A stretch of 64,000 nucleotides of DNA from an uncultured Lachnospiraceae bacterium. GTDB lineage: Bacteria > Bacillota > Clostridia > Lachnospirales > Lachnospiraceae. The notes beneath the pieces are model-generated. The model was given only the letters and a program-made list of their open reading frames with translations. It did not search any database and was not told the DNA's origin. The stretch spans positions 45,039 to 109,038 of the forward strand of contig CAKRJT010000002.1 of NCBI GenBank assembly GCA_934351925.1, written 5' to 3'. Both the position numbers and the translations under genes were made by a program. This document shows, piece after piece, positions 43,194-52,787 of the stretch; position 1 is the first letter of the stretch; every line of letters begins with the position of its first letter.

Positions 43194-45347
43194 ATGAAAA
43201 ACACATTGACCATCTTCATACGGGACTTAAAAAGACTCGTGAGAAGCCCGTTCGCACTTGCCATTGCACTTGGTCTGTGCATCCTGCCATCGCTGTACGC
43301 GTGGTTTAACATCTATTCTAACCACGACCCTTACGGCAGCACCTCCAACATCAAGATTGCCATAGCGTCTGAGGACGCAGGCTACACGCTTGAGGACGGC
43401 ACCTACAAGAACATGGGTGCAGATGTTTTGGAAGAGCTGAAAACAAATGAGAGCATCGACTGGGTTGCCTGTGCCACAGCGGACGACGTCATTGCGGGAG
43501 TTGAAGCGGGCGACTACTACGCCGGAGTCACAATCGGATCGGATTTTACCGAGAGCATGTATACTGTATTTGACACCGACTTCACGAATCCTGTCATCAC
43601 CTATTATGAAAATGAGAAGAAGAATGCCATAGCTACCAAGATTACGGACACCGCTGTCGGCTCACTCCAGCAGACGATCAACACCAAGTTCATTGAGGTC
43701 GTGGTCAGCACCATATTCACGGAGACGAACACAATCTCCTCAGATATTGAGGAGGGTGAGCGCACAGCCACTCTCACTGACAAGCTGACACGTCTCCGTG
43801 ACAATCTTTCTTCCTATAATAATACACTTACACTGCTCGTAAACGGCAACACAAGACTTACTGACAATCTCGCCGACACTAACGCCCAGATTAGCAGTCT
43901 GTCCGCAGGAATAACCAGTGCAGCCGGAAGCCTGAATAACGCACAGGCTGCTTTTTCAAGAAGCCGCACAGCTCTTGGAAACTTCAGCGAACAGTTAAAG
44001 ACAACCTTAAACGATATGTCCAATTCCCTTTCAAACATATCAACAATGTTAGACAACGCCACCCTTGCCAAGGACTCACAGGAGCTTGCCAACAGTCTTA
44101 CACAGCTTAACGCTGATGCAGCTCAGCTCAGTACCCAGATGAAAACGCTCAAGCTTCTTATAGCTGAGTATTATATCGGTCAGTTCGACTCCGCAAATGT
44201 TCCTGAGCTTGGAGTTCTCGACACAATTGTCACGCAGATTATAAATACCATAGGTTCGCTCACATCGCAGGCTGCCGGAAACGGTGTTCTTACACAGGCT
44301 GCCGTCGACAGCATGGTATCGGGCATAAAGTCATCACTTGACTCCTGCAAGAAGCAGCTTGATGACCTATACACAAACTACGTCAACAGCGTGGAACCAC
44401 AGCTTAACAGCTTAAATGACTCCATTTCGCAGACACTCGCCAGCGTAAACAGCATTATGACGAACCTCTCAAGCGCGCTTAATGATGCCGGAGAAATCCT
44501 CGACGGCGTGGGAACAACAGTTGACAAGTCAAACGAGAGCCTCTCGCAGATACAGGAGGTAATCGAAAACGTCATAACCGAACTTGACAGCGTAATCGAC
44601 TGGATAAACAACACCTCCGAGAGCGACAAGATTGACATGGTAACACAGTTCCTCGGCGGTGACTCCGAACTCTACGGAGAATTCTTTGCAGAGCCTGTTA
44701 ATATGGTAACAGAAGAGATTTATCCTGTTGAGAATTATGGTTCGGGAATGACACCGTTCTACACGATTCTTGCACTCTGGGTAGGCGGAACCCTTCTCGT
44801 ATCGCTCGTCAAGGTTCACGCTGATCCGACCGGACTCGAGAATGTGAAGCCACGCCACCTTTTCTTCGGGCGTTACCTCACCTTCTTCCTGCTCGGACAG
44901 ATTCAGGCGGTAATCGTCGTGCTCGGAGATATCCATCTGCTGCACAGTCAGGTATTAGAGCCCGGACTCTTCTATCTGGTCGCCGTGCTCGCAAGCTTTA
45001 CTTTTACACTGCTTATATACTCCCTCGCAATCTCCTTCGGCGACCTCGGCAAAGCCCTTGCCGTCGTTGTCATGGTACTTCAGATTGCGGGGTCAAGCGG
45101 AACCTTCCCTATTGAGATGCTTCCGCAGGTGTACCAGAACATATACATATTCTTCCCATTCCCTTACGCGATCAATGCGATGCGAGAGACCGTGGCAGGA
45201 ATGTACGGTTCAGCCTACGTCACCAATCTCGCCCGGCTTATGATATTCGCTGTCGCAGCCCTCATAATCGGACTCGTGATAAGAATACCGTTTATGAAGA
45301 TTAACCACTTCGTTGAGGAGCGAATGGAAGACACGGGAATGATGTAA
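43194..45347 (+). CDS. YhgE/Pip-domain membrane protein, paralog 1
   Basis: The N-terminal block is FIRDLKRLVRSPFALAIALGLCILPSLYAWFNIYSNHDPYG. It has a long coiled-coil-like ectodomain and a C-terminal ABC-2-like multi-TM bundle. Confidence 0.85.
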   Translation: MKNTLTIFIRDLKRLVRSPFALAIALGLCILPSLYAWFNIYSNHDPYGSTSNIKIAIASEDAGYTLEDGTYKNMGADVLEELKTNESIDWVACATADDVIAGVEAGDYYAGVTIGSDFTESMYTVFDTDFTNPVITYYENEKKNAIATKITDTAVGSLQQTINTKFIEVVVSTIFTETNTISSDIEEGERTATLTDKLTRLRDNLSSYNNTLTLLVNGNTRLTDNLADTNAQISSLSAGITSAAGSLNNAQAAFSRSRTALGNFSEQLKTTLNDMSNSLSNISTMLDNATLAKDSQELANSLTQLNADAAQLSTQMKTLKLLIAEYYIGQFDSANVPELGVLDTIVTQIINTIGSLTSQAAGNGVLTQAAVDSMVSGIKSSLDSCKKQLDDLYTNYVNSVEPQLNSLNDSISQTLASVNSIMTNLSSALNDAGEILDGVGTTVDKSNESLSQIQEVIENVITELDSVIDWINNTSESDKIDMVTQFLGGDSELYGEFFAEPVNMVTEEIYPVENYGSGMTPFYTILALWVGGTLLVSLVKVHADPTGLENVKPRHLFFGRYLTFFLLGQIQAVIVVLGDIHLLHSQVLEPGLFYLVAVLASFTFTLLIYSLAISFGDLGKALAVVVMVLQIAGSSGTFPIEMLPQVYQNIYIFFPFPYAINAMRETVAGMYGSAYVTNLARLMIFAVAALIIGLVIRIPFMKINHFVEERMEDTGMM

Positions 45348-45370
45348 ATAATTCAAGAAGGAGATTGCAT

Positions 45371-46078
45371 ATGTCTAAAAAAAAGATAAAAGATAACAAC
45401 CCTGATATATACGGCGAGCTTGTGGATTTTCAGGACAGGCTTCATGCACAGAATTTGAAGCGCATCCATATCGGACTCTTATGCGTGCTTATCATTCCAA
45501 TGATATTTCTCGCGCTGATGTTTATAACGGACAGCAACAAGGTCATATGGCTTATTCTGTGGATTGTATCACTTTTTGCCATATCCGCTTACCTGATTGT
45601 AGTCGAGTACGGTGATTACAATTTGCAGCACCGCATCAACTCGATTACGGGCAGCGAGGCTGAGCCTGTTCCTCTCCTCGAGTCGGGAATCAATGACATG
45701 AGCGGTAAGCTCGCCTCCGTCAAAGCGGAAGCACGCGACATAATAGCCTCAGCCAAAGCATCTGTCAATATTGACGATGAGGAAAACGAATACTCCGAGG
45801 ATTATGCCGCAGATATCGACACCGAGCTTATAAAGGAAAGCCTCTCCGAGGATACAGACAGTCCGGACGAGTCTGCCGCAGCCCTCAGCGCTTCCAGGAA
45901 GGATAAGAAATCCGGCAAAAAGAAGGATAAGAAGCAGGACAAGAAGAAAAACAAGAAAAAAGATAAATCCAAGGATAAAAAGAAAAAGAAGAAAAGCGGC
46001 AGGAAGAAGTCCGATAAAAAGGGCAGCTCCAAGAAGGATAAAAAAGACAAGGTAAAGGAGGACGTATTCGATGAATAA
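45371..46078 (+). CDS. Small two-TM membrane protein with an extreme Lys/Asp-rich C-terminal tail
   Basis: The ATG at 45371 lies behind GGAG. It has two hydrophobic helices, then a tail of ...KDKKSGKKKDKKQDKKKNKKKDKSKDKKKKKKSGRKKSDKKGSSKKDKKDK. Its stop overlaps the next start by 8 nt. Confidence 0.6.
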   Translation: MSKKKIKDNNPDIYGELVDFQDRLHAQNLKRIHIGLLCVLIIPMIFLALMFITDSNKVIWLILWIVSLFAISAYLIVVEYGDYNLQHRINSITGSEAEPVPLLESGINDMSGKLASVKAEARDIIASAKASVNIDDEENEYSEDYAADIDTELIKESLSEDTDSPDESAAALSASRKDKKSGKKKDKKQDKKKNKKKDKSKDKKKKKKSGRKKSDKKGSSKKDKKDKVKEDVFDE

Positions 46079-48218
46079 GATACTGAAGGTATTCACAAAC
46101 GACATGAAGAAGATTTCAACCAATGTGATAGCCGTGGTTATTATTCTTGGTCTGTCCATTCTCCCTTCCCTGTATGCGTGGTTCAATATTTTTTCAAACT
46201 GGGACCCGTACGGTCCAAGCTCCACGGGAAATATCAAGGTTGCCGTAGTCTCCGACGATAAGGGTGCGGAGATTTCCGGGCTTGAGATAAACATTGGAAA
46301 TACTGTTGTCGAAGCATTACAGTCCAACAACACCATCGGCTGGGTATTCACTGACAGCTCCGAGGACACCATCGAGGGCGTCAAGGCCGGAGATTACTAT
46401 GCAGCTCTCGTAATTCCGGAGACATTCTCCGAGGATATGGTGAGCTTCCTTGGCGGTGATCTCGAGCACCCTCAGATTATCTATTATGAAAACGGCAAGA
46501 AGAATGCCATCGCCCCTAAGATAACACAGAAGGCACAGAAGACGGTACGCCAGCAGGTCAACGCCACATTTATAAGCACTCTCGCCGAGTCAGCAATGAA
46601 AGCAGGAAATGTCATCTCCTCAACCGACTCCGACGGCGTGAGCATAGCTGACACCATGACTGAAAAGCTCACGGCTCTCTCCGAGGATATGGACACCTAC
46701 ATAAATATTCTGTCCTCATTCAAGGGAATCATGGACTCCGCGCAGAGCATCATAGCCACAACCAAGATAATGCTTCCAAGTCTTAACACTGTGCTTGAAA
46801 GCAGCAAGACCTCTCTCTCCGGCATGCAGACGATGGTAAACAACTCTACCAACACCATCAACACGATATCTGATATGATGCTGTCGAGTCTGGACATGAT
46901 TGACGGAACACTCACAATGATATCCAATGTTGTAAGCAGCGACCTCGCCTCAGCACAGGCTCTCTCGAAGGTCGTTTTAAACGGAATAGGCACGGTCAGC
47001 AACATGATTCCATATGCAAAGGAAATATTCAACAGCTCCGTGTCAGGACTTGAGTCCAAGGGCGACGAGAAGGTCAACGCACAGATAAATGTCATCAGAA
47101 GCCAGTTTGATATCATCAAGACTGACACCGACCGTGTTGGCACTGCAGCCGCAGTTGCCGTCTACAACTCATCGGATCTTATAGACAATATACAGGCAGA
47201 GCTTGACAACTGCTCGAAGGATATCGACAGCCTTAGAAGCATATACACCAGCTCGGTCAAGCCGCAGCTCAGCTCAACTATCACAAACGCGCAGGCTGCG
47301 CTCAACACGACCGTGAACGCATTATCGGGCTTCAATCTGAATCTTAGCAGCACTGACAATGTTCTCAGCGACTATTCGGACACTCTTGCCGACGGGAACA
47401 CGAACCTGGACACAACTCTCGAGCTTGCAAACGAACTCTCCGAATATATCAGGACACTGACTGAGAATATAAATGAACTCTCCGACAACGAGAACTACAA
47501 TAAGCTGGTTGAGATAATGGACTCGAACCCTGAGAAGCTTGGGGAATTCGCAGCATCCCCTGTCTCCCTCGACACGGTGCGCGTATATCCTATCGAGAAT
47601 TATGGTTCAGCCATGGCTCCGTTCTACACCGTGCTCGCCCTGTGGGTCGGTGCACTTATACTCGTAGCCATAATCCATGTCAAGGTTCACCCTATACCTG
47701 GTGTTGACGGCATCTGCCCGCGCCACGCATATTTCGGAAGATACATGCTGTTCTTCCTTGTAGGACAGCTACAGACACTCATCACCGTGCTCGGCGATTT
47801 ACATTTTATAGGAATACAGTGTGAGCACCCGGTAATGTTCTGGTTCGCAGGCGCAATGTGCAGCTTCGTGTTCACGCTCTTCATATATTCGCTGACCGTA
47901 GCCCTCGGCAACATCGGCGAAGCGCTTGCCGTAATCGTCATGGTTGTCCAGGTTGCAGGCGCAGGCTGTACCTTCCCTATAGAGACACTCCCGAAGGTGT
48001 TCCACTCGCTGTACAACTACCTTCCGTTTCAGTTCGGCATGAATGCCATGAAGGAAGCCATCGCGGGACTCTACGGGGACAACTACTGGAAATACATCGC
48101 CAAGCTGGCTGTATACCTTCTTGTGTCACTCTTTATCGGACTTGTCGGCGCAATACCGTTCCGCAAGATGAATAAGATTATTGATAAGAATAAGGAAAAG
48201 TCGGGAATTATGATATAA
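46071..48218 (+). CDS. YhgE/Pip-domain membrane protein, paralog 2
   Basis: Same architecture as paralog 1 (VIILGLSILPSLYAWFNIFSNWDPYG...). Confidence 0.85.
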   Translation: MNKILKVFTNDMKKISTNVIAVVIILGLSILPSLYAWFNIFSNWDPYGPSSTGNIKVAVVSDDKGAEISGLEINIGNTVVEALQSNNTIGWVFTDSSEDTIEGVKAGDYYAALVIPETFSEDMVSFLGGDLEHPQIIYYENGKKNAIAPKITQKAQKTVRQQVNATFISTLAESAMKAGNVISSTDSDGVSIADTMTEKLTALSEDMDTYINILSSFKGIMDSAQSIIATTKIMLPSLNTVLESSKTSLSGMQTMVNNSTNTINTISDMMLSSLDMIDGTLTMISNVVSSDLASAQALSKVVLNGIGTVSNMIPYAKEIFNSSVSGLESKGDEKVNAQINVIRSQFDIIKTDTDRVGTAAAVAVYNSSDLIDNIQAELDNCSKDIDSLRSIYTSSVKPQLSSTITNAQAALNTTVNALSGFNLNLSSTDNVLSDYSDTLADGNTNLDTTLELANELSEYIRTLTENINELSDNENYNKLVEIMDSNPEKLGEFAASPVSLDTVRVYPIENYGSAMAPFYTVLALWVGALILVAIIHVKVHPIPGVDGICPRHAYFGRYMLFFLVGQLQTLITVLGDLHFIGIQCEHPVMFWFAGAMCSFVFTLFIYSLTVALGNIGEALAVIVMVVQVAGAGCTFPIETLPKVFHSLYNYLPFQFGMNAMKEAIAGLYGDNYWKYIAKLAVYLLVSLFIGLVGAIPFRKMNKIIDKNKEKSGIMI

Positions 48219-48260
48219 AACAGGTTCTGACACTTAAAAATACAAGTTTTTTTGTCATCT

Positions 48261-48290
48261 AAAACAATGAGTATAATTGCTCATTGTTTT
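48261..48290 (+). terminator. Rho-independent terminator after yhgE paralog 2
   Basis: AAAACAATGAG-tataattg-CTCATTGTTTT. Confidence 0.65.
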
Positions 48291-48344
48291 CGATGGCATT
48301 TTCATTTATAATATTGCGTAAATAACAAAACATGGAGGAAAACT

Positions 48345-49475
48345 ATGGATTATAGTGTAATAGACAGGTACATAGAGGAGCTCTTGACAAAGAGCACACC
48401 TGACAGACCTATCTGGAATATAGAAAAGATTTTGCAGGGACTCAAATCCACATGGAACTATATCGACGGATGTATGATTAAAGCACTTCTTGAGATGTAC
48501 TCCATCACAAAGAAACAGGAATATTTTGATTTTGCCGATGCATTCATCGACTACCGCGTTCACGACGACGGAACGATTGACGGCTACGATGTATCCGAAC
48601 TCAACATCGACAATGTGAATGCAGGAAAGACTCTCTTCGAGCTGTACGACCTCACAGGCAAGGAGAAGTACCGCAAAGCGATAGACCTCATCTACAGCCA
48701 GATTAAGCTCATGCCGCGCACGGCCGAGGGAAGCTTCTGGCACAAGAACATCTACCCTAATCAGGTATGGCTCGACGGTCTGTATATGTGCCAGCCGTTC
48801 TATATGGAATATGAGACACGTTTTAACGATAAGAAGAACTACGATGACATTTTTCTCCAGTTCAGAAACGTGGTAAAGAATATGAAGGACCCTGTGACCG
48901 GTCTTTACAAGCATGCGTATGACCACTCACGCGAGATGTTCTGGTGCGACCCTGTCACAGGTCTGTCTCAGAACTTCTGGCTTCGCGCACTTGGCTGGTA
49001 TTCGATGGCACTTCTTGACACCATCGACAAGGCTGACCCTGACTGTGCCGACACCGAATTTTTAAAGAGCACCTTCACAGACCTCATGGACGCCATGTTA
49101 AAGTACCAGGACGAGAGCGGCATGTGGTATCAGGTTGTAAACTACGGCAAGCTCGCTCCTAACTATCTCGAGACAAGCGGAAGCTCCATCATGGCTTACG
49201 CGCTTCTTAAGGGTGTACGCCTCGGCTACCTTCCTGAAAGCTGCCGTGAGTACGGCGTGAAGGCATTCAACGGCGTGTGCGGCAAGTACCTCTCCTCCGA
49301 CGATAACGGCGAGATGCACCTTGGCGGTATCTGCCTCGTGGCAGGACTTGGAGGCAAGCAGATGCGCTCCGGAACCTTCGACTACTACATGTCGGAGCCG
49401 ATTGTAAAGGATGACGCTAAGGGAGTGGGACCATTCCTTCTCGCCTATACAGAGATGTTAAGACTAAATAAGTAA
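48345..49475 (+). CDS. Unsaturated rhamnogalacturonyl/glucuronyl hydrolase (GH105/GH88 family)
   Basis: Contains ...WNYIDGCMIKALLEMY...FWHKNIYPNQVWLDGLYMCQPFY.., typical of YteR/YesR-like (alpha/alpha)6 hydrolases. Confidence 0.82.
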   Translation: MDYSVIDRYIEELLTKSTPDRPIWNIEKILQGLKSTWNYIDGCMIKALLEMYSITKKQEYFDFADAFIDYRVHDDGTIDGYDVSELNIDNVNAGKTLFELYDLTGKEKYRKAIDLIYSQIKLMPRTAEGSFWHKNIYPNQVWLDGLYMCQPFYMEYETRFNDKKNYDDIFLQFRNVVKNMKDPVTGLYKHAYDHSREMFWCDPVTGLSQNFWLRALGWYSMALLDTIDKADPDCADTEFLKSTFTDLMDAMLKYQDESGMWYQVVNYGKLAPNYLETSGSSIMAYALLKGVRLGYLPESCREYGVKAFNGVCGKYLSSDDNGEMHLGGICLVAGLGGKQMRSGTFDYYMSEPIVKDDAKGVGPFLLAYTEMLRLNK

Positions 49476-49599
49476 TTATGTAAACTCATCAGTGTAACTG
49501 CACATTATATGTGGATAATTACATTGATGGGTTTTATTATATGAACAATATTCTACCTTTTATATGGACAATATCTTATTTCGGAAAAATTTTCCCTAA

Positions 49600-50880
49600 T
49601 CACATAACCACCGTTATCCTAAGCGACTTCCCATCCTGCGTGTGCGCGCTTATCTTTCCCCTGTGCGCCTCCACAACCGCCTTAGCCACGGAAAGCCCTA
49701 TTCCATAGCCGCCTGTCTGCGAATTGTGCGACTGCTCCGCCCTGTAAAAGCGGTCAAAAAGATGCTTCACGCTCTCAGCCTCGATATGTTCGCAGGTGTT
49801 GTAGACCTCCAGCTTCACAGAGCGCGATGTACCGGACGACTTAGCTGTGGCTGCCTGTTTGGATGTATCCATCCGCTTTGTGCCTGCTCCGGTTAAACTT
49901 ACTTTAATATTTCCTTCACCGTCAGCGTATTTCACCGCATTGTCCACGAGTATCGATACGAGCTGTCTTACCGCCTTCTCATCGCCACAGTAGGAAATCC
50001 CGGGCTGTATATTTATCTCAAGGCTCTTTCCCTCATTGATGGCGCGCGCCCTGAACGAATCCGCAGTCTCTTCAACAATATCCGACAACGGGAACTCTAT
50101 TTTGACCGTATTTTTCTGTCCCTCCTCCATTTTGGCAAGATAGATGAGGTCATTGGTGAGAGCCGTCAGTCTCTTAGTCTGCTTCTTTATGTCCTCAAGC
50201 CACTCGCTCTCGCCGCAGTCTAATTCCACAAGCTGTGCGTCGGCATCAATTATGGTCAGCGGTGTCTTAATCTCATGCCCGGCATCGGTTATAAAGCGCT
50301 TCTGCTTCTCATAACTCTCACTGACCGGCTTCACAATCCTTCCCGAAAAAAATACAAGCAGAAGGAATACCGCCAACATTCCGGCAAGCGATATCCCGGC
50401 GCTTATCAACAGCACCGAGCGGAAATTGGAGATTTCTCTTCCGCAGTACAGAAAGATTATGAGTTTCCCATTATCCTTGTCCTTGACCGCAAACCGGTAC
50501 TGCCCCATAAAGCCTGCCGACCTGCCGCTTTCTAGGGCTCTCGCAGCATACTCCGCCGCCTCATCCGTGTCCGTCCCGGCAATCTTTCCTGTGTCTATGG
50601 TGCTTACATTACCATTTGCATCCATTAACACGAAAAAATATCTGCTCTCATACGGTGCCTCAGGTGACATTCCCTTGAACATATCCTTGTTATGTCCCGG
50701 CGACATGTCCGGTTTCGGAAAGCTTCCGTCATTCTCCTTCAATATGTTGATAGTCCGCTGTGCGTCATCAACCATTCTCGTATAGTTTAAAATATTTACC
50801 GTTCCTATTATAATAAGAAGTACAATAAACAGCGACAGCATAGCCACCGCAACAAGCTTTCTGCGAAGTTTTTTAATCAT
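49600..50880 (-). CDS. Sensor histidine kinase (two TM segments, HisKA + HATPase)
   Basis: The H-box is AGHEIKTPLT and the G2 box is GGYGIGLSVAKAVVEAHRG. The start MIKKLRRK at 50880 lies behind GAGGAG. Confidence 0.88.
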   Translation of the reverse strand: MIKKLRRKLVAVAMLSLFIVLLIIIGTVNILNYTRMVDDAQRTINILKENDGSFPKPDMSPGHNKDMFKGMSPEAPYESRYFFVLMDANGNVSTIDTGKIAGTDTDEAAEYAARALESGRSAGFMGQYRFAVKDKDNGKLIIFLYCGREISNFRSVLLISAGISLAGMLAVFLLLVFFSGRIVKPVSESYEKQKRFITDAGHEIKTPLTIIDADAQLVELDCGESEWLEDIKKQTKRLTALTNDLIYLAKMEEGQKNTVKIEFPLSDIVEETADSFRARAINEGKSLEINIQPGISYCGDEKAVRQLVSILVDNAVKYADGEGNIKVSLTGAGTKRMDTSKQAATAKSSGTSRSVKLEVYNTCEHIEAESVKHLFDRFYRAEQSHNSQTGGYGIGLSVAKAVVEAHRGKISAHTQDGKSLRITVVM

Positions 50881-50902
50881 GGCAGCTCCTCTTTTATATC
50901 CG

Positions 50903-51598
50903 TTACTTTCCTTTGCGTTCTCCCTTTTCCTCAAGCGAATACCCGGCATTGCGCGTCGCCTTTATCTGAATATCCGCGTCGAGCGCATCAAGTTTCTTCC
51001 TTAAATAAGAGATGTACACCCACACCACATTAATCTCAGCCTCGCTGTCGTAGCCCCATATCTTCTCCATGAAACGTTCCGTGGAAATGAGCTGCTTTGG
51101 GTTTGTCATCATCATCTCCATCATCTGGTACTCCTTGTTCGCGAGCTTGTAGGAGCCCGATGGCGATGATAGCTCATAGCTTGCCGTGTCGAGCGTTATA
51201 TTGCCGACATGCATTGATGAGTCGGCGTGCATGCCCGCGCCGGCATTCCTGGTCATCGCCCTTATGCGCGCTAAGAGCTCCTTCGTGTCGAACGGCTTGG
51301 TCAGATAATCGTTGGCTCCGCTGTCAAGCCCCTCCACCTTGTCGTCAATCTCCGATTTTGCCGTGAGCACAAGCACCGGAACCATATTTCCCGCGGCGCG
51401 CAGCTTCTTTAACGCCGTTATCCCGTCCATGCGCGGCATCATCACATCCATTATCACACCGTCGTAGTTCCCCGTCCCGAGATACTCAAGCGCCTCCACG
51501 CCGTCATACACTGCATCCACGGAAAAATTATTCTTTTCAAGTATCGCCTTAACTGCCCTCGAGAGCGATTTCTCGTCCTCTGCAAGAAGAAGTCTCAT
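50903..51598 (-). CDS. OmpR/PhoB-family response regulator
   Basis: The receiver domain is MRLLLAEDE...VIMDVMMPRMDG...TAKS. The winged-helix C-terminus contains ...VWVYISYLRKKL. Confidence 0.9.
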   Translation of the reverse strand: MRLLLAEDEKSLSRAVKAILEKNNFSVDAVYDGVEALEYLGTGNYDGVIMDVMMPRMDGITALKKLRAAGNMVPVLVLTAKSEIDDKVEGLDSGANDYLTKPFDTKELLARIRAMTRNAGAGMHADSSMHVGNITLDTASYELSSPSGSYKLANKEYQMMEMMMTNPKQLISTERFMEKIWGYDSEAEINVVWVYISYLRKKLDALDADIQIKATRNAGYSLEEKGERKGK

Positions 51599-51603
51599 AT
51601 AAA

Positions 51604-51640
51604 TCTCCATTCCGCCGCCAAGCGGCGGCACAAATAGTAA
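51604..51640 (-). promoter_or_regulatory. GC-rich hairpin plus SD leader motif, copy 2 (upstream of the response regulator)
   Basis: The minus strand reads TTACTATTTGTGCCGCCGCTTGGCGGCGGAATGGAGA. The stem CCGCCGC/GCGGCGG is perfect. It shares an identical 20-mer (TTACTATTTGTGCCGCCGC) with the galK leader. Confidence 0.4.
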
Positions 51641-51641
51641 T

Positions 51642-51664
51642 GAAAAACGCGCTTTGCGTTTTTC
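51642..51664. terminator. Terminator-like A-tract/GC-stem/T-tract hairpin in the response-regulator upstream region
   Basis: GAAAAACGC-gcttt-GCGTTTTTC has a 9-bp perfect stem and is symmetric, so it could act in either direction. Confidence 0.4.
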
Positions 51665-51909
51665 CTGTGTGAAATCGTAATACATCTTAGGCTGTGTCTT
51701 TTACTGCCTTAGATGTATTTTTCACACTATACCTCTTTTCTGAGCGAAAGCATTTTAACACTATGCTCCCGTTCTTTTATGATAATATAATAAATGATAT
51801 CATGGTCAAAAGGTCAGAAGTCCGATGCAAGCTTGCCTGCGTGAGGATTTTTGACATTATTACCTCAACATCATAATAAATTCAACCTGTTCATATTTCA
51901 AGCACGATT

Positions 51910-51945
51910 TGCAATGTACTTCTGTGCAATGCACTCCTGTATAAA
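51910..51945 (+). promoter_or_regulatory. Tandem 15-nt direct repeat abutting a -10-like hexamer upstream of the VTC operon
   Basis: TGCAATGTACTTCTG (51910-51924) and TGCAATGCACTCCTG (51925-51939) are followed by TATAAA (51940-51945). There is no good -35, consistent with activator dependence. Confidence 0.35.
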
Positions 51946-52064
51946 TTTTTCTGCATTTTACAAAAACTTTAAATGATTTTTAAGTTCATTTAGGGTTCAG
52001 GCATTAAACTCATCTCATACAAAGAACAAAGCACATACATAACAAAATAAAAGAGGTGGTTTAT

Positions 52065-52787
52065 ATGGCAGTTCAGACCGTGTTTAAAAGATATGAGCTG
52101 AAGTACCTTATGACCAGGGAGCAGAGAGATTTGCTGCTGAAGGTTATGAAGGGACATATGGAGCTCGACAAGTATGGACACACGACAATAAGAAATATCT
52201 ACTTTGATACAGACAATTACAGACTGGCAAGGCACTCCATCGAGGGTCCTCCTTACAAGGAAAAATTAAGGGTGAGAAGCTACAGTCATGTATCCGGCAG
52301 CGACAACGTATTCTTAGAACTGAAGAAAAAATACAAATCGGTAGTTTATAAAAGAAGGCTCGTTCTTCCGCTTGACGCGACGATGGACGCCATTGCAGCG
52401 CACCACCCACTTCCGGTCAAATCACAGATTGCCGACGAAATCAATTATTTTTGCAGCTATTACAAGACCTTGAGACCGGCAGTATTCCTAAGCTACGAGC
52501 GCGAAGCATTCTACTCTACGGACGGAAGCGACTTCCGCGTCACCTTCGATGAGAACATTCTCTACCGCGACGACGACGTATCACTCACCGGCGCAGTATA
52601 CGGAGCACCGCTGATTGCCAAAAATCAGGTACTCATGGAAATCAAGACTCCCGGCGGCATACCGATGTGGATGACGGATTTCCTCACAAAACAGAAAATA
52701 TACAAAACCTCATTTTCCAAGTACGGCGCTGCCTACAAGGATATGAAACACTATAATAAGAATTTAGGAGAGATTAATTATGCTTAA
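52065..52787 (+). CDS. VTC-domain (polyphosphate-polymerase-like / CYTH tunnel) protein
   Basis: Contains FKRYELKYLMT...IRNIYFDTDNY...KLRVRSY...FLELKKKYKSVVYKRR. The ATG at 52065 lies behind AGAGGTGG. Confidence 0.78.
   Translation: MAVQTVFKRYELKYLMTREQRDLLLKVMKGHMELDKYGHTTIRNIYFDTDNYRLARHSIEGPPYKEKLRVRSYSHVSGSDNVFLELKKKYKSVVYKRRLVLPLDATMDAIAAHHPLPVKSQIADEINYFCSYYKTLRPAVFLSYEREAFYSTDGSDFRVTFDENILYRDDDVSLTGAVYGAPLIAKNQVLMEIKTPGGIPMWMTDFLTKQKIYKTSFSKYGAAYKDMKHYNKNLGEINYA

Noticed and set aside
51990-52235. An 81-aa minus-strand ORF overlapping the VTC gene start. ORFs at 51694-51876 and 49511-49708 also sit in intergenic DNA.
   Set aside because: They have no SD, show AT-rich-derived composition, and overlap better-supported genes or regulatory DNA.
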